DNA of 64,000 bases from Bacteroidaceae bacterium (GTDB taxonomy: Bacteria > Actinomycetota > Coriobacteriia > Coriobacteriales > Eggerthellaceae), in the NCBI GenBank assembly GCA_963631715.1, contig CAVGRL010000006.1, positions 6,794 to 70,793 on the forward strand, in the 5' to 3' direction. The notes under the pieces are model-generated. The model was not told the origin of the DNA. It ran no database searches and worked only from the letters and a program-made list of their open reading frames with translations. How positions within the stretch are numbered: the stretch's first letter is position 1; every line of letters begins with the position of its first letter. Below, piece by piece: positions 18,408-27,985 of the stretch. The translations under genes were made by a program, and so were the position numbers.

Positions 18408-19349
18408 GTGCCCGCAATCCTTACCCACGACTTCTTCGGCCAGGACGTTTACTCCGCGCATTCGCACGTCATCGGAAAGTCGACCGACGAACGCGACGCA
18501 TTCCTTCTGGGCAACCAGGGGCCCGACCCCTTGTTCTACCTCATTCTTTCCCCAAGCATGAAGGCGTTTTTCGGCCTTGGCGGCACCATGCACCACGAAA
18601 CGCCGTCGAAGCTCATGGCGGCATTGAAGGAAAGCCTCGACGTGCTCGAAGACGATGAGCGCTCGGTAGGCCGCGCCTATGCATGCGGGTTTTTGTGCCA
18701 CTATTCGCTCGATCGCGCCATGCATCCGCTGGTCTACAGTCAGCAATACGCTATCTGCGATGCCGGAATCGAAGGGCTCGACCGAAACCAGGGCAACGAG
18801 GTCCACGCTGAAATCGAGCGCGAATTCGATGAGATGGTGCTTTTCAGCAAGCTTGGCCGCACCATTCGAACCTACAAGCCGCACGAAGAAACGCTGCATG
18901 CAAGCGACGAGACGCTCGCGACAATTGGAAAGATGTACGCTTTTGTCTCGATGAAAGCGTACCGACTGTTCCCGTCCATCGACTTGTTCCCTTCGGCGGT
19001 ACGCGACTTTCGCCGAGTGCAGCGGCTTTTCTATTCTCCCTCGGGCAATATGCAAAGCATGCTCGACACCGTAGAAACGCGCGTGATGAACCGGTCGTTC
19101 TCGTTCTATAAATCGATGTCGCACCGCAACAATGCAACGCGCACGAGCGATTTCGACAACCGCATGCGCAAGGCCTGGGAAAACCCCTTCACTCATGAAA
19201 CCCAGACGGAAAGTTTCTGGGACATTTTCGACGGCACGAAAGCAACGGCCTTCGATGCCATCTTGGCCTTCGATGCCGACGACTTCGACGAAAAGGCGGC
19301 CGAAAAGCTCACCAAGGGTCTCAATTTCTCGGGCGACCCGGTCGAATAG
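18408..19349 (+). CDS. Zinc-dependent phospholipase C-like family protein
   Basis: GTG 18408 lies 5 nt after AAGGAGG. His-rich signature THDFFG ... GTMHHE ... GFLCHYSLDRAMHPLV. The opposite-strand 352-aa ORF is judged a shadow. Confidence 0.6.
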   Translation: MPAILTHDFFGQDVYSAHSHVIGKSTDERDAFLLGNQGPDPLFYLILSPSMKAFFGLGGTMHHETPSKLMAALKESLDVLEDDERSVGRAYACGFLCHYSLDRAMHPLVYSQQYAICDAGIEGLDRNQGNEVHAEIEREFDEMVLFSKLGRTIRTYKPHEETLHASDETLATIGKMYAFVSMKAYRLFPSIDLFPSAVRDFRRVQRLFYSPSGNMQSMLDTVETRVMNRSFSFYKSMSHRNNATRTSDFDNRMRKAWENPFTHETQTESFWDIFDGTKATAFDAILAFDADDFDEKAAEKLTKGLNFSGDPVE

Positions 19350-19366
19350 CTTGCAAAAGTCCCATC

Positions 19367-19470
19367 GGGGCTGCGGATAGGCCTGAAAAGGCGATGCCTG
19401 AGCTCGCACGAAAGCGCCACTGGCGCTTTCGGCTCGTGCGGAAGCCTTTTTTCAGGTCTATCCGCAGCCC
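19367..19470. repeat. About 103-nt imperfect palindrome (extended hairpin) between convergent genes
   Basis: The outer arm GGGCTGCGGATAGGCCTGAAAAGGC pairs with GCCTTTTTTCAGGTCTATCCGCAGCCC (one G-T position, a 2-nt bulge). The inner arm GAAAGCGCCA pairs with TGGCGCTTTC, and CGCAC with GTGCG. Confidence 0.6.
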
Positions 19471-19661
19471 TAACGAAACGTTATCGAATTGCCGCGAGCG
19501 CCAACCCCATTCGAATACAAATACAGAACGAATTTCCCGCCCTTCCCTGGGTCTCTGATTGCGATTTCCGCACGAGCCGAACAGCACTTAATGTGCTGCT
19601 CGCGCGAGCTCAGGCAGGTTCGCAATCAGAGGATCGGGAAAGGGAGGGAAACCGCAAACGT

Positions 19662-20264
19662 TTATTGTTCGGCTACAAAGGTATCGCGGTCGGGAGCGAA
19701 CGACTGCATTGCCTTGATGGTGCGATCGAAAAGCTCGTCAAGCTCCCATCCCAGCATTTCGGCGCCCCCTCGAATGACGTCGCGATTCACGCCGGCAGCA
19801 AATCGCTTGTCCTTGAATTTCTTCTTGAGCGATTTCACTTCGAAATCCATCACGCTTTTGCTAGGGCGCATCACAACAGCAGCGCCAATAAGGCCCGTGA
19901 GTTCCTCGGTCGCGAAAAGGACCTTTTCCATTTGAAGCTCCGGCTTGGGCAACGATTGATTGAAATCGCTGTTATGCGTCTGGATAGCTCGGATGAGCTC
20001 GGGCGTTCCACCTGCCGCCTCTATAAGCTCGGCGGCATACACGGTGTGGTTCTCGGGATCGTCGTCATGTTCTTCCCAATCCAAATCGTGCAAGAGGCCG
20101 ACAATCCCCCAAAACTCTTCGTTTTCAGGATCGAATTCTCGGGCGAAATAGCGCATGGTTTGCTCAACGGTCTCGCCATGCTCAATATGGAATTCTTCCT
20201 TGTTATGCTCTGTCAAAAGCTCGAATGCCGCCTCGCGCGACATTCCGGCACTCATGTCTGCCAT
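19662..20264 (-). CDS. HD domain phosphohydrolase family protein
   Basis: From ATG 20264 (AAAGGGGA upstream). Metal-binding H...HD context FHIEHGE ... VGLLHDLDWEE. Confidence 0.7.
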   Translation of the reverse strand: MADMSAGMSREAAFELLTEHNKEEFHIEHGETVEQTMRYFAREFDPENEEFWGIVGLLHDLDWEEHDDDPENHTVYAAELIEAAGGTPELIRAIQTHNSDFNQSLPKPELQMEKVLFATEELTGLIGAAVVMRPSKSVMDFEVKSLKKKFKDKRFAAGVNRDVIRGGAEMLGWELDELFDRTIKAMQSFAPDRDTFVAEQ

Positions 20265-20421
20265 AATGCATCCCCTTTCAGCGATTGCAAACGCACCTGC
20301 CATCTTACCAAGAAAGGCGCCCGCAAGCCGTTGCGCCGCCCTTACGGCATTCAGGCAATGCGGGCGCCTCGCTATCTTAAAAGACCGAAGCTATGCAGTT
20401 GAATTGCGCCAGGCTTAGCAA

Positions 20422-20679
20422 CTAACGCTTCGCTCGGTATACGTTTGCCATTTGGGCCCCAGAATCGGCATGGCATTCCTCGACCTCTATCATCCCCAAC
20501 TTGCGCAAGCGGAAAATAGCCCGATCGACAGTTTGAATGCTGCAGTTCGCTTGCTTGGCGAGCTCTTTTTTCGAACAGCTCACGCCGTTTGACAAGGTGG
20601 TCTCTGCCGAAATATAGCCAAGTATTCGCTTCTGGGCAGAACTCAGACGTACCGGCCTGGCTTCAGAATCTTCGTTCAA
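20422..20679 (-). CDS. Small winged-helix/HTH DNA-binding protein
   Basis: 85 aa with a TTG start. CSKKELAKQANCSIQTVDRAIFRLRKLGMIEVEE resembles a wHTH recognition unit. Confidence 0.45.
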   Translation of the reverse strand: MNEDSEARPVRLSSAQKRILGYISAETTLSNGVSCSKKELAKQANCSIQTVDRAIFRLRKLGMIEVEECHADSGAQMANVYRAKR

Positions 20680-20947
20680 AAAAGTCGGCCCCCTTCATTG
20701 CTCGCATGCGTTTTTCGCCCGGTTCAAGAATTCTGAATCAAACAGTGCAAACCCGAGCAATGAAACTTTTTCATACACCTGACGCTAGCCAGCTTCGATT
20801 CATATTGCCAAGGAAATACCCCCCCCCGACAATAACCAGACAAACTGGAGCGTCGTCTTCCAATATGTATACTAAGCGCAGAAATGCCGCACGTCTACGG
20901 CTATCGAGCAAAAAATGAACGACGACTTCGGGATGTTTGGGGACGGT

Positions 20948-21931
20948 TTAAAAAACGACACCAAACATCGACATTGCTGAACCAAATATGAAACCGAATG
21001 CCACAAGGCCAAAAGCTATAGCAATATTCTCGGCAAACGGGCGGTTCGCACGGAATAAAACAAGCAGGCCGACTCCCGCGCTCACAAGCAAACCCGCGAT
21101 CATGGCGCCCGACGAAAGCGCACCTTCCAGATAGAGCTCCGTTATGGCAACCGACGCCGCGCAATTGGGAATAAGGCCAACGAGAGCCGACGCAAACACT
21201 GAAGCGGCTTCGTTCGAAGCGATAAACGATGCCAGCGCCTCTTCACCAACCCCGTCGATAATAATCTCGAGAACGAGCGATACGGCAAACACGAAAATCG
21301 TCACCTGCAAGGTGTGGACAAGCGAGCTTTTCGCGATGGCCACAATTCCATGCGAATGCTCGTGCGAATGCCCATGAGAATGCTCGTGGCCGTGGCCTTC
21401 GTGGTGCCCATGGCCGTCTTCCTTCGCCTCGCCCCGCTCGTGCGCTTCGTCATCTTCGCAGCCGCAGTGGTCGCGCTCGCATAGGTCATGAATGCGCATG
21501 GCTTCGACAGCCCGATTGCGCAGTCGCATAACGGCATCGATGGCGAAACCGGCAACAAGACCGCATGCGGCCTTTATGGCAAGCACCTCTACGATGAATT
21601 CAATCGGAGCCTGGGCCGCAATCATGATGGGAAGCATTTCGTCGCTCGTGGACAAGAACACCGCGAAAAGCGTTCCCAGCGTAACGACACGCGCCGAATA
21701 CAGCGTGGCCGCCGCCGCCGAAAACCCGCACTGGGGAACAATTCCCAGCAGCGCGCCAATCACGGGGCCAGCAGAGCCGGCTTTTCTCACGGCTGCTACG
21801 CTCGCCTCGCTCGCATAGTGCTCAAGCGCCTCCATGGCCAAATACGTCACGAACAAAAACGGGACAAGGGCCAACGTGTCGAAAAAAGCATGCTCGAAAG
21901 CATGGGGGAGTATGTCTGCAAATGTTTCCAT
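20948..21931 (-). CDS. Putative 10-TM metal(loid) exporter (ArsP_2 / 'putative manganese transporter' family) with a His-rich loop
   Basis: Family-like motifs GIVPQCGFSAAAATLY and STSDEMLPI. The central loop is EDGHGHHEGHGHEHSHGHSHEHSHG. Confidence 0.7.
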   Translation of the reverse strand: METFADILPHAFEHAFFDTLALVPFLFVTYLAMEALEHYASEASVAAVRKAGSAGPVIGALLGIVPQCGFSAAAATLYSARVVTLGTLFAVFLSTSDEMLPIMIAAQAPIEFIVEVLAIKAACGLVAGFAIDAVMRLRNRAVEAMRIHDLCERDHCGCEDDEAHERGEAKEDGHGHHEGHGHEHSHGHSHEHSHGIVAIAKSSLVHTLQVTIFVFAVSLVLEIIIDGVGEEALASFIASNEAASVFASALVGLIPNCAASVAITELYLEGALSSGAMIAGLLVSAGVGLLVLFRANRPFAENIAIAFGLVAFGFIFGSAMSMFGVVF

Positions 21932-22060
21932 AGGGGCGATTCTAAAATGGGAGAAAGGAAAGCGGGCTCGAAAACCCCCTGGTCATAAGTTCAACATGTG
22001 CAACTATGCTCATATGTTCCATCGGCGGCGACGTAGCAATGAGCTCAGCGCGACGGCTTT

Positions 22061-23029
22061 TTAACCCTTCCAGCGGCGAGGATGTCCCCGACGGTCACGA
22101 ATCCTTTTCGCCTCTTCGTTGCGCTTGCGCGCCTGGCGCACCTCACCTTGAAGCCTTATATAGCTTTCGTAGCGCTCGCGAGGCAACTCGCCCGAACGCA
22201 CAGCCGCACGCACAGCGCAACCCGGCTCTGCCCCATGGAGACAATCGCGAAAACGGCATTGCTCGGCGAAATGCTCGACATCAGAAAACGCCGCTTCAAT
22301 ACCCGCGGAAGAATCCCAGAGGGCAAGGCCGCGCACGCCTGGCATATCGATGATGCTTCCAGCTTCGGGAATCGATACCATCTCGCGCGAAACGGTCGTA
22401 TGGCGGCCTTTCCCATCGCCTTCCCGCACAGAACCCGTCGCCTGGACCTCGCTTCCAACAAGCAGATTCACCAGGCTCGATTTGCCAACGCCGCTCTTTC
22501 CCAAAAGAACGGCGATGCTTCCAGATGGCACAAGGGCGCGCACTTCTTCGATACTTTGCGCATCTGCGGCCGACGCCACAATCACGGGCGTTCCGTGGGC
22601 TATCTTTTCGACCAAATCGCGTGCGCGCGCAAGCTCATCCGCGTTTTCCGCGAGGTCGGCCTTCGTAAGCACCACCGCCACGGCTGCCCCGCTTTCATGG
22701 GCAAGCACCAATTCGCGCTCAAGCCTGCGAACATTAATGCCCACAAGCGGCTCGGCAACGATGACCGTATCGAAATTCGCGGCGAGCACCTGCGGTTCCA
22801 TTCGCTCGGTCGGATCTTTTCGCACAAAAGCGCGCTTTCGCTCGTGAACCTCTTCGATAATCCCCTTGTCGTGGCCCGAAGGGGCCTGCACCTCAACGAT
22901 ATCGCCCGTCGTCACGCGAACGTTAGCCTCTTTCACCAAAGCAGTCGCATGCTCGCAACGCAAAAGGCGGCCATCGGAAAGCTTCACAAGTGGGTAGCCC
23001 CTATCGAGTTTTACGACAAGACCTTGCAC
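22061..23029 (-). CDS. rsgA: Ribosome small-subunit-dependent GTPase A
   Basis: GKSGVGKSSLVNLL P-loop, TKADL, and C-terminal zinc knuckle CRFRDCLHGAEPGC. GTG 23029 overlaps the TAG of the upstream gene by 1 nt (TAGTG), which I prefer to the longer track start. Confidence 0.85.
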   Translation of the reverse strand: MQGLVVKLDRGYPLVKLSDGRLLRCEHATALVKEANVRVTTGDIVEVQAPSGHDKGIIEEVHERKRAFVRKDPTERMEPQVLAANFDTVIVAEPLVGINVRRLERELVLAHESGAAVAVVLTKADLAENADELARARDLVEKIAHGTPVIVASAADAQSIEEVRALVPSGSIAVLLGKSGVGKSSLVNLLVGSEVQATGSVREGDGKGRHTTVSREMVSIPEAGSIIDMPGVRGLALWDSSAGIEAAFSDVEHFAEQCRFRDCLHGAEPGCAVRAAVRSGELPRERYESYIRLQGEVRQARKRNEEAKRIRDRRGHPRRWKG

Positions 23030-23766
23030 TAGCGCGACCTTTCTCTCATGCGCCAATAGACAAGCGCGCATACGCCACCCGCAACAAGCGCGGCGATGCC
23101 CGGAATAAAGCTGCAGGGGTCGAATTCGTCCTCGTGAACCGATCCGGGCGCCGAAACGCTTACCACCTGTGCATGTATCTCGCTTTCGCCCTCATGCTGA
23201 GAGCATGCGAGATTGAACTGCCCGCGCACGCGCAACGTGGTCCCCGTTTTCCCATACGCGCCATAGGTGTCGATTTTGCGCAGGTCGGACACGCGCACGA
23301 GCACGGTGACCGTCTCTCCGGAAGACGCATCGCGCAACACAATCCATGCATGGTCGGCATCGCCCGAAACGGCGATCGCCTCGCCAACGACCTCCCCCGT
23401 TATTTGCACGGTTTGCTTGTCGTAGTACGAATCGGCTCCAGCCAAATCCCCAATGGCGGCATCATAGAGAAAGGAATCGTCGGAAACCTGGCCTTCGTCT
23501 ATCTCGTTGGCATCGCCATCGACGGGAGCTGCGGCATCGCCGGACGAACCGTCGTCGCCTGCATCGTCGCTTGCGTCCCCCTCCACGGCCTTCGCCTTCG
23601 ATGCGTCTTTTCTTTCGGACGAAGCCGCAGCGGAGTCGCTTGAACTCACCGAGCCAGATGAACTTCCATCGCCATCGGCGAACGCCGCAACAGGCGCGCC
23701 AAAAAGAGAGACCGCAACGAGCGCGGCGAACAACATTCGAAGGGGAGCACCCGTATTAGCGCGCAC
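23029..23766 (-). CDS. Hypothetical exported protein with a signal peptide, Ser/Asp-rich region and C-terminal TM anchor
   Basis: From GTG 23766: VRANTGAPLRMLFAALVAVSLFGAPVAAFA (signal-like). C-terminus IPGIAALVAGGVCALVYWRMRE is hydrophobic. The start is uncertain (ATG 23736 is the alternative). Confidence 0.5.
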   Translation of the reverse strand: MRANTGAPLRMLFAALVAVSLFGAPVAAFADGDGSSSGSVSSSDSAAASSERKDASKAKAVEGDASDDAGDDGSSGDAAAPVDGDANEIDEGQVSDDSFLYDAAIGDLAGADSYYDKQTVQITGEVVGEAIAVSGDADHAWIVLRDASSGETVTVLVRVSDLRKIDTYGAYGKTGTTLRVRGQFNLACSQHEGESEIHAQVVSVSAPGSVHEDEFDPCSFIPGIAALVAGGVCALVYWRMRERSR

Positions 23767-25276
23767 GAACCCTCCTTTTCGGCCTGATGGATGCCACAAT
23801 CGAAACAATAAGGGCGATGAGCGTCACGTATTCCAAACGTCCGGCCCACATATCGACGATATAGAGCACCTTCAAGGCATCGGGCATGCCAGGCTGAATG
23901 ATTCCGCACGACATGCCAATATTGGAAACCATCGAGACCGATTCGAACATAGACGATGTCGCCGTATAACCGCACGCGACCGTCGCGATTGTCGTAACGA
24001 GGAACGCAACGCCATACAGCAAAAGCACCGCGAGGTTGGCACGAACGAGCTCCGTCGAAAGCGGCCGCCGCCCAACATGGTAATACGTGACGACCTGCCG
24101 CGCCGAGGCAGGCGCCAGCAAATCTTTGATATAGGCAACCAGTTCCTTAACGAGTACGCCAACGCGCAGCACTTTAATGCCGCCCGTCGTTGACCCGGCC
24201 GAACCGCCAACAGCCATGCAAAAAATAATGATGAGCAAAGCGCCGCTCGAAATGACGGTCGTCATCTGGTTCACGCTGATGGTCTGAAATCCCGTCGACG
24301 AAAACGCCGCAACAACCATAAATACCGCCCGGCGCAAAAGGGTCGGCAAATCGTCATAGGCCCCCGCCGCACACAGCGTTGCCACGAAAGCGACGAGCAC
24401 CACGCTCAGCCAAATGACAAGCGTGCGAATCTCGATATCGCGGAAGAAGTGCTCAATATGGCCCTTCCACACTTCGCTATGCAGCGTGAAATTGATCGAC
24501 CCCAAGATAATGAGCAGCATAATCACAATTTCAAGCAACGCGCTGTGGTAATAGATGATGCCTGTAGACATCGACGTCATGCCGCCCGTGTTAAACGAGG
24601 CAACCGCCAACCACAGCCCATTGAAAAACGCACGCACGGGCTGCATTCCCAGCGCGAGACACGCCCCCGTCGTAAGTATCGTGCCAATGACGATGGTCGT
24701 CGCCGAAAATCGAACGATGAAGCGCGCCGTCTGCACGATGTTGGGAATAACGTGCTCACTTCGCCCCTCAGAAGAATACAGCGACGAATCAACCGCACGG
24801 CCAAAGAGCCCCAACGACAGCGCAATGACGACAACACCTTGGCCGCCAATGCATTGCATGGTAAAACGCCAGGTATTATCGGCGATCGACATATGGTCAA
24901 GATCGCGGACGAGCGATGCGCCCGTGGTCGTCCATGCACTCATCCCTTCGAAGATCGCATCGAGCGGGCTTGCGTAGTGCCCCGACAAATACAAGGGAAT
25001 GCAGCCGAGCAGCGCCAATGCGAGCCATGCGAACCCGGTAACTGCAAGCGCCTGCTTCGGAGTGAGTTTTCCCGGGCTTGGGAGCACTATCTTCAGCAGC
25101 GACCCAACGATAATCGCCACGCCGATGCCGAACGCGTAATGAGCCGCCGGCGACCATTCCGCCAAAACGACGGCGACGGCAAACGGCACGCATTCTGCCG
25201 CCGCAAGAAACATCATGACCACGCCAAGGTAGTGGGCTATGACACGAAAATCGTAGAACGAGAATTTCTGCCACAT
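23756..25276 (-). CDS. trkH: TrkH-family potassium uptake transporter
   Basis: 506 aa from ATG 25276, polytopic. Repeated pore-loop-like segments (TTTGAS, FNTGGM, SSTGFQ, STTGGIKV) are typical of the TrkH/KtrB fold. Confidence 0.75.
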   Translation of the reverse strand: MWQKFSFYDFRVIAHYLGVVMMFLAAAECVPFAVAVVLAEWSPAAHYAFGIGVAIIVGSLLKIVLPSPGKLTPKQALAVTGFAWLALALLGCIPLYLSGHYASPLDAIFEGMSAWTTTGASLVRDLDHMSIADNTWRFTMQCIGGQGVVVIALSLGLFGRAVDSSLYSSEGRSEHVIPNIVQTARFIVRFSATTIVIGTILTTGACLALGMQPVRAFFNGLWLAVASFNTGGMTSMSTGIIYYHSALLEIVIMLLIILGSINFTLHSEVWKGHIEHFFRDIEIRTLVIWLSVVLVAFVATLCAAGAYDDLPTLLRRAVFMVVAAFSSTGFQTISVNQMTTVISSGALLIIIFCMAVGGSAGSTTGGIKVLRVGVLVKELVAYIKDLLAPASARQVVTYYHVGRRPLSTELVRANLAVLLLYGVAFLVTTIATVACGYTATSSMFESVSMVSNIGMSCGIIQPGMPDALKVLYIVDMWAGRLEYVTLIALIVSIVASIRPKRRVRAR

Positions 25277-25278
25277 AG

Positions 25279-25419
25279 CTAGCCCATCAACAGCTTCGTC
25301 GCAACGACGAGCAAACCGAGCCAAACAATGAACGCCAAGATGCACAGCACGACGATAAAGACCCCCTGCAGGGGTGTCTTCAAATTGACCAGGGCTTCTT
25401 TATGCGCTCGTAAATCCAT
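25279..25419 (-). CDS. Possible 46-aa single-TM peptide immediately upstream of trkH
   Basis: MDLRAHKEALVNLKTPLQGVFIVVLCILAFIVWLGLLVVATKLLMG. The stop lies 2 nt before the trkH ATG. TATAAT (25429-25434, minus) lies 10 nt upstream of its ATG. There is no SD, so the call is speculative. Confidence 0.3.
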   Translation of the reverse strand: MDLRAHKEALVNLKTPLQGVFIVVLCILAFIVWLGLLVVATKLLMG

Positions 25420-25429
25420 GTTCGGCCGA

Positions 25430-26296
25430 TTATACGTCCAAATCGAGCGAGACGGGGCAATGGTCGCTTCCGAAGATATCGGCATGGATGTTTGCATCGA
25501 CGACCGAGGAGCGCAAAGCGTCGCTCACCAAGAAATAATCGATGCGCCACCCCGCATTGTTCTTTCGTGCATTGAAGCGATAGCTCCACCACGAATACGC
25601 TCCCTCGAGCCCCGGATGGAGCATGCGAAACGTATCCGCGAAACCCGCGTCCAAAAGATCTGAGAATTTGGCGCGCTCCTCATCGGAAAAGCCGGCATTT
25701 CCCCTGTTCGATTTTGGATTCTTCAAATCGATTTCTTCGTGGGCAACATTGAAATCGCCGCAGGTGACAACTGGTTTTTGCTGCGCAGTTTCGCCATCGG
25801 AGGTACGGGCAAGCGAAGATAGGGGTACATGCCCCGCACCTGCGTCGCCGGCTTGCACGGGCACGCCGGCGGGAATCTTGCCCGCCTCGAGCCCTTTGCA
25901 AAAGCCACGGAACGCATCGTCCCACGCCATGCGGTGGTCGATGCGCGCAAGGCCGTCCTGCGCATTAGGGGTATACACATCGACCAGCCAAAACTCTGGA
26001 AATTCGAGCGCCACGATGCGCCCTTCCGTATCGAGTTCGTTCACACCGAGGCCATGCAAAACCCGCAGAGGGGCTCGGCGCGTGAAAATCGCCGTTCCCG
26101 AATAGCCCTTGCGCTCGGCATAGCTCCAATATTGCGAATAGCCAGGCAAGTCGATATCGATTTGCCCCTCTTGGAGCTTTGTTTCCTGCAGGCAGACGAC
26201 ATCGGCGTCCAGGCTGGCAACCGAATCTTCAAAGCCCTTTTTCACCGCGGCCCGCAAGCCATTGACATTCCATGAAACGAAACGCACCGCGCGCAC
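25430..26296 (-). CDS. xth: Exodeoxyribonuclease III
   Basis: VSWNVNGLRA, CLQETK, GDFNVAHEEIDL and SDHCPV motifs of the EEP/ExoIII family. GTG start. Confidence 0.85.
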   Translation of the reverse strand: MRAVRFVSWNVNGLRAAVKKGFEDSVASLDADVVCLQETKLQEGQIDIDLPGYSQYWSYAERKGYSGTAIFTRRAPLRVLHGLGVNELDTEGRIVALEFPEFWLVDVYTPNAQDGLARIDHRMAWDDAFRGFCKGLEAGKIPAGVPVQAGDAGAGHVPLSSLARTSDGETAQQKPVVTCGDFNVAHEEIDLKNPKSNRGNAGFSDEERAKFSDLLDAGFADTFRMLHPGLEGAYSWWSYRFNARKNNAGWRIDYFLVSDALRSSVVDANIHADIFGSDHCPVSLDLDV

Positions 26297-26449
26297 TCCC
26301 TCGCCATAGTGGGCAAAACACCCTTTTCAACCTACGATACCGTATCGGAACAGCTTAGCAGCACCTAAGCGCAACCGCCCACAGATGCATAAAACGGCGG
26401 AAACGGGCATAATAGCAAAGCTGAAAACCAGCGCAGTGAGGAGGGACAC

Positions 26450-27877
26450 GTGCCGATTTCAACCAACCGTCGCATGGTTGCGCTTGCCGCGGCGTTTTCC
26501 CTTACGCTTTTCAACAGCACCGCCATGCTGCTTTCCGCCGGCGGATCGCTTTTCGGGACCCTCGCCGATTTCGGCAAGTCGGACATGTTCAATGCGCTCG
26601 TCTTTCCTTCGCTGGCCGCACTTCTTGTCGCAGGGGTTGCTACCGGCCTTCGAGGGATGTGGAAGCTCCCTTCGCTGGACCGAAGCCTCCATGCGGCGAT
26701 GATCGTGGCGGCGTTTGCCGGTGGAGCCTTTTTCATCGCCATGCTGGCATGCCCTTCGGAAGTGGCGCTCGCATGTGCGGTCGCCGCAGGACCATGCTGC
26801 GCAATCGCCTACCTCTTGCAATTCATGGCCTGGAGCCGTCGCATGGCAGAACACGGCTTCAAAGACGCGCTCTGCACCATCTCGCTTTCGGGCGCGATCG
26901 CCGCACTGGCCGCGCTTGTCTTGTTCTCGTTCTCAAACGCGCTCGTAATGGCCTCGGGCTTTTGTCTCACCCTTGCCGCCGGAAGCATCGCCGCATATCT
27001 AGCGGTTCGACCCTTAAATGGCAAAGAGCCTGAAACGAATAGCGATTCCGAAAACGAAAGCGCCCAAAAAACTCGCAACCTTTGGCCCCTTTTCGCCGGA
27101 TGCCTCATATGTGTGTTCACCATGCTGCTCATGTGGCAAGGGGAAAACGACTCAATCGTGCGCTCTTCTTCGGCCTTCATCACGCAGGGCACATTCGCGG
27201 GCTTCATTGCCTGCTCGCTGTGCATCTGCGGCATTGCGGCCATGCATCCCGAAGAAAACGCTCTCAGGCAAGCGCTTACGACGCTGTGCCCCCTTTTCGC
27301 CGCGCTGCCAATCGTTCCATGCATCGTTGCATTCGATCCCGACGAATTCCTCGGAACCATATACGGCGTGCTCACCGGAGTAGGATTCTCGTATTTCATG
27401 GCGGCGCCCATTGCTTCGTTTTGTTGCACGGCGAAAGCTGGCGATACGCGCAAGGTCTGGGGAATTGCGGCGATAACGCTCGCGGTAGGCGGCGCCTTTG
27501 GCCGCTTGGCGGCAATGATTTTGCCCCCGAGCGGAACAACGGCGCTCACGTTGGCACTGTTTCTCGCCTACCTCGTCGCACTCGCCTTGGTCCCAAGGGA
27601 GCGCGCAAAAAACCACGAAGAAGCCCCTCTTCCGCCGGAAACCGTCAACCCCCTTGATGCCCGATGCGAGGCCCTTTCGCAATCTTGGCAGCTCACCCCA
27701 AGGGAAAGCGAAGTGTTGCCCTTGCTCGCACGAGGTCACACGCAGCCGGCGATTGCCAAAGAACTGTTCTGCTCGCCCGAAACAATCAAGGTCCATGTTC
27801 GCCATATCTATGAAAAGGCGGGCGTGCATTCTCGCGACGAACTCATCGAGCTCGTCAACGAAATCCAGCCCAAATAG
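26450..27877 (+). CDS. Polytopic membrane LuxR-family transcriptional regulator
   Basis: GTG 26450 follows GAGGAGGG. About 400 aa of hydrophobic helices are followed by the GerE/LuxR HTH LTPRESEVLPLLARGHTQPAIAKELFCSPETIKVHVRHIYEKAGV. Confidence 0.85.
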   Translation: MPISTNRRMVALAAAFSLTLFNSTAMLLSAGGSLFGTLADFGKSDMFNALVFPSLAALLVAGVATGLRGMWKLPSLDRSLHAAMIVAAFAGGAFFIAMLACPSEVALACAVAAGPCCAIAYLLQFMAWSRRMAEHGFKDALCTISLSGAIAALAALVLFSFSNALVMASGFCLTLAAGSIAAYLAVRPLNGKEPETNSDSENESAQKTRNLWPLFAGCLICVFTMLLMWQGENDSIVRSSSAFITQGTFAGFIACSLCICGIAAMHPEENALRQALTTLCPLFAALPIVPCIVAFDPDEFLGTIYGVLTGVGFSYFMAAPIASFCCTAKAGDTRKVWGIAAITLAVGGAFGRLAAMILPPSGTTALTLALFLAYLVALALVPRERAKNHEEAPLPPETVNPLDARCEALSQSWQLTPRESEVLPLLARGHTQPAIAKELFCSPETIKVHVRHIYEKAGVHSRDELIELVNEIQPK

Positions 27878-27902
27878 GAAAAGCCCCCGAAGGGGCTTTT
27901 CC
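27878..27902. terminator. Bidirectional intrinsic terminator
   Basis: GGAAAAGCCCC-CGAA-GGGGCTTTTCC directly after the LuxR stop, between convergent genes. Confidence 0.75.
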
Positions 27903-27985
27903 TGTGGGAGGGAATGCATCGTGCAAAGCATGGGAGGGAAAGCTGCACGATGCCGAATTATCCGAATCGCGCTTCGCGCGCTTCT

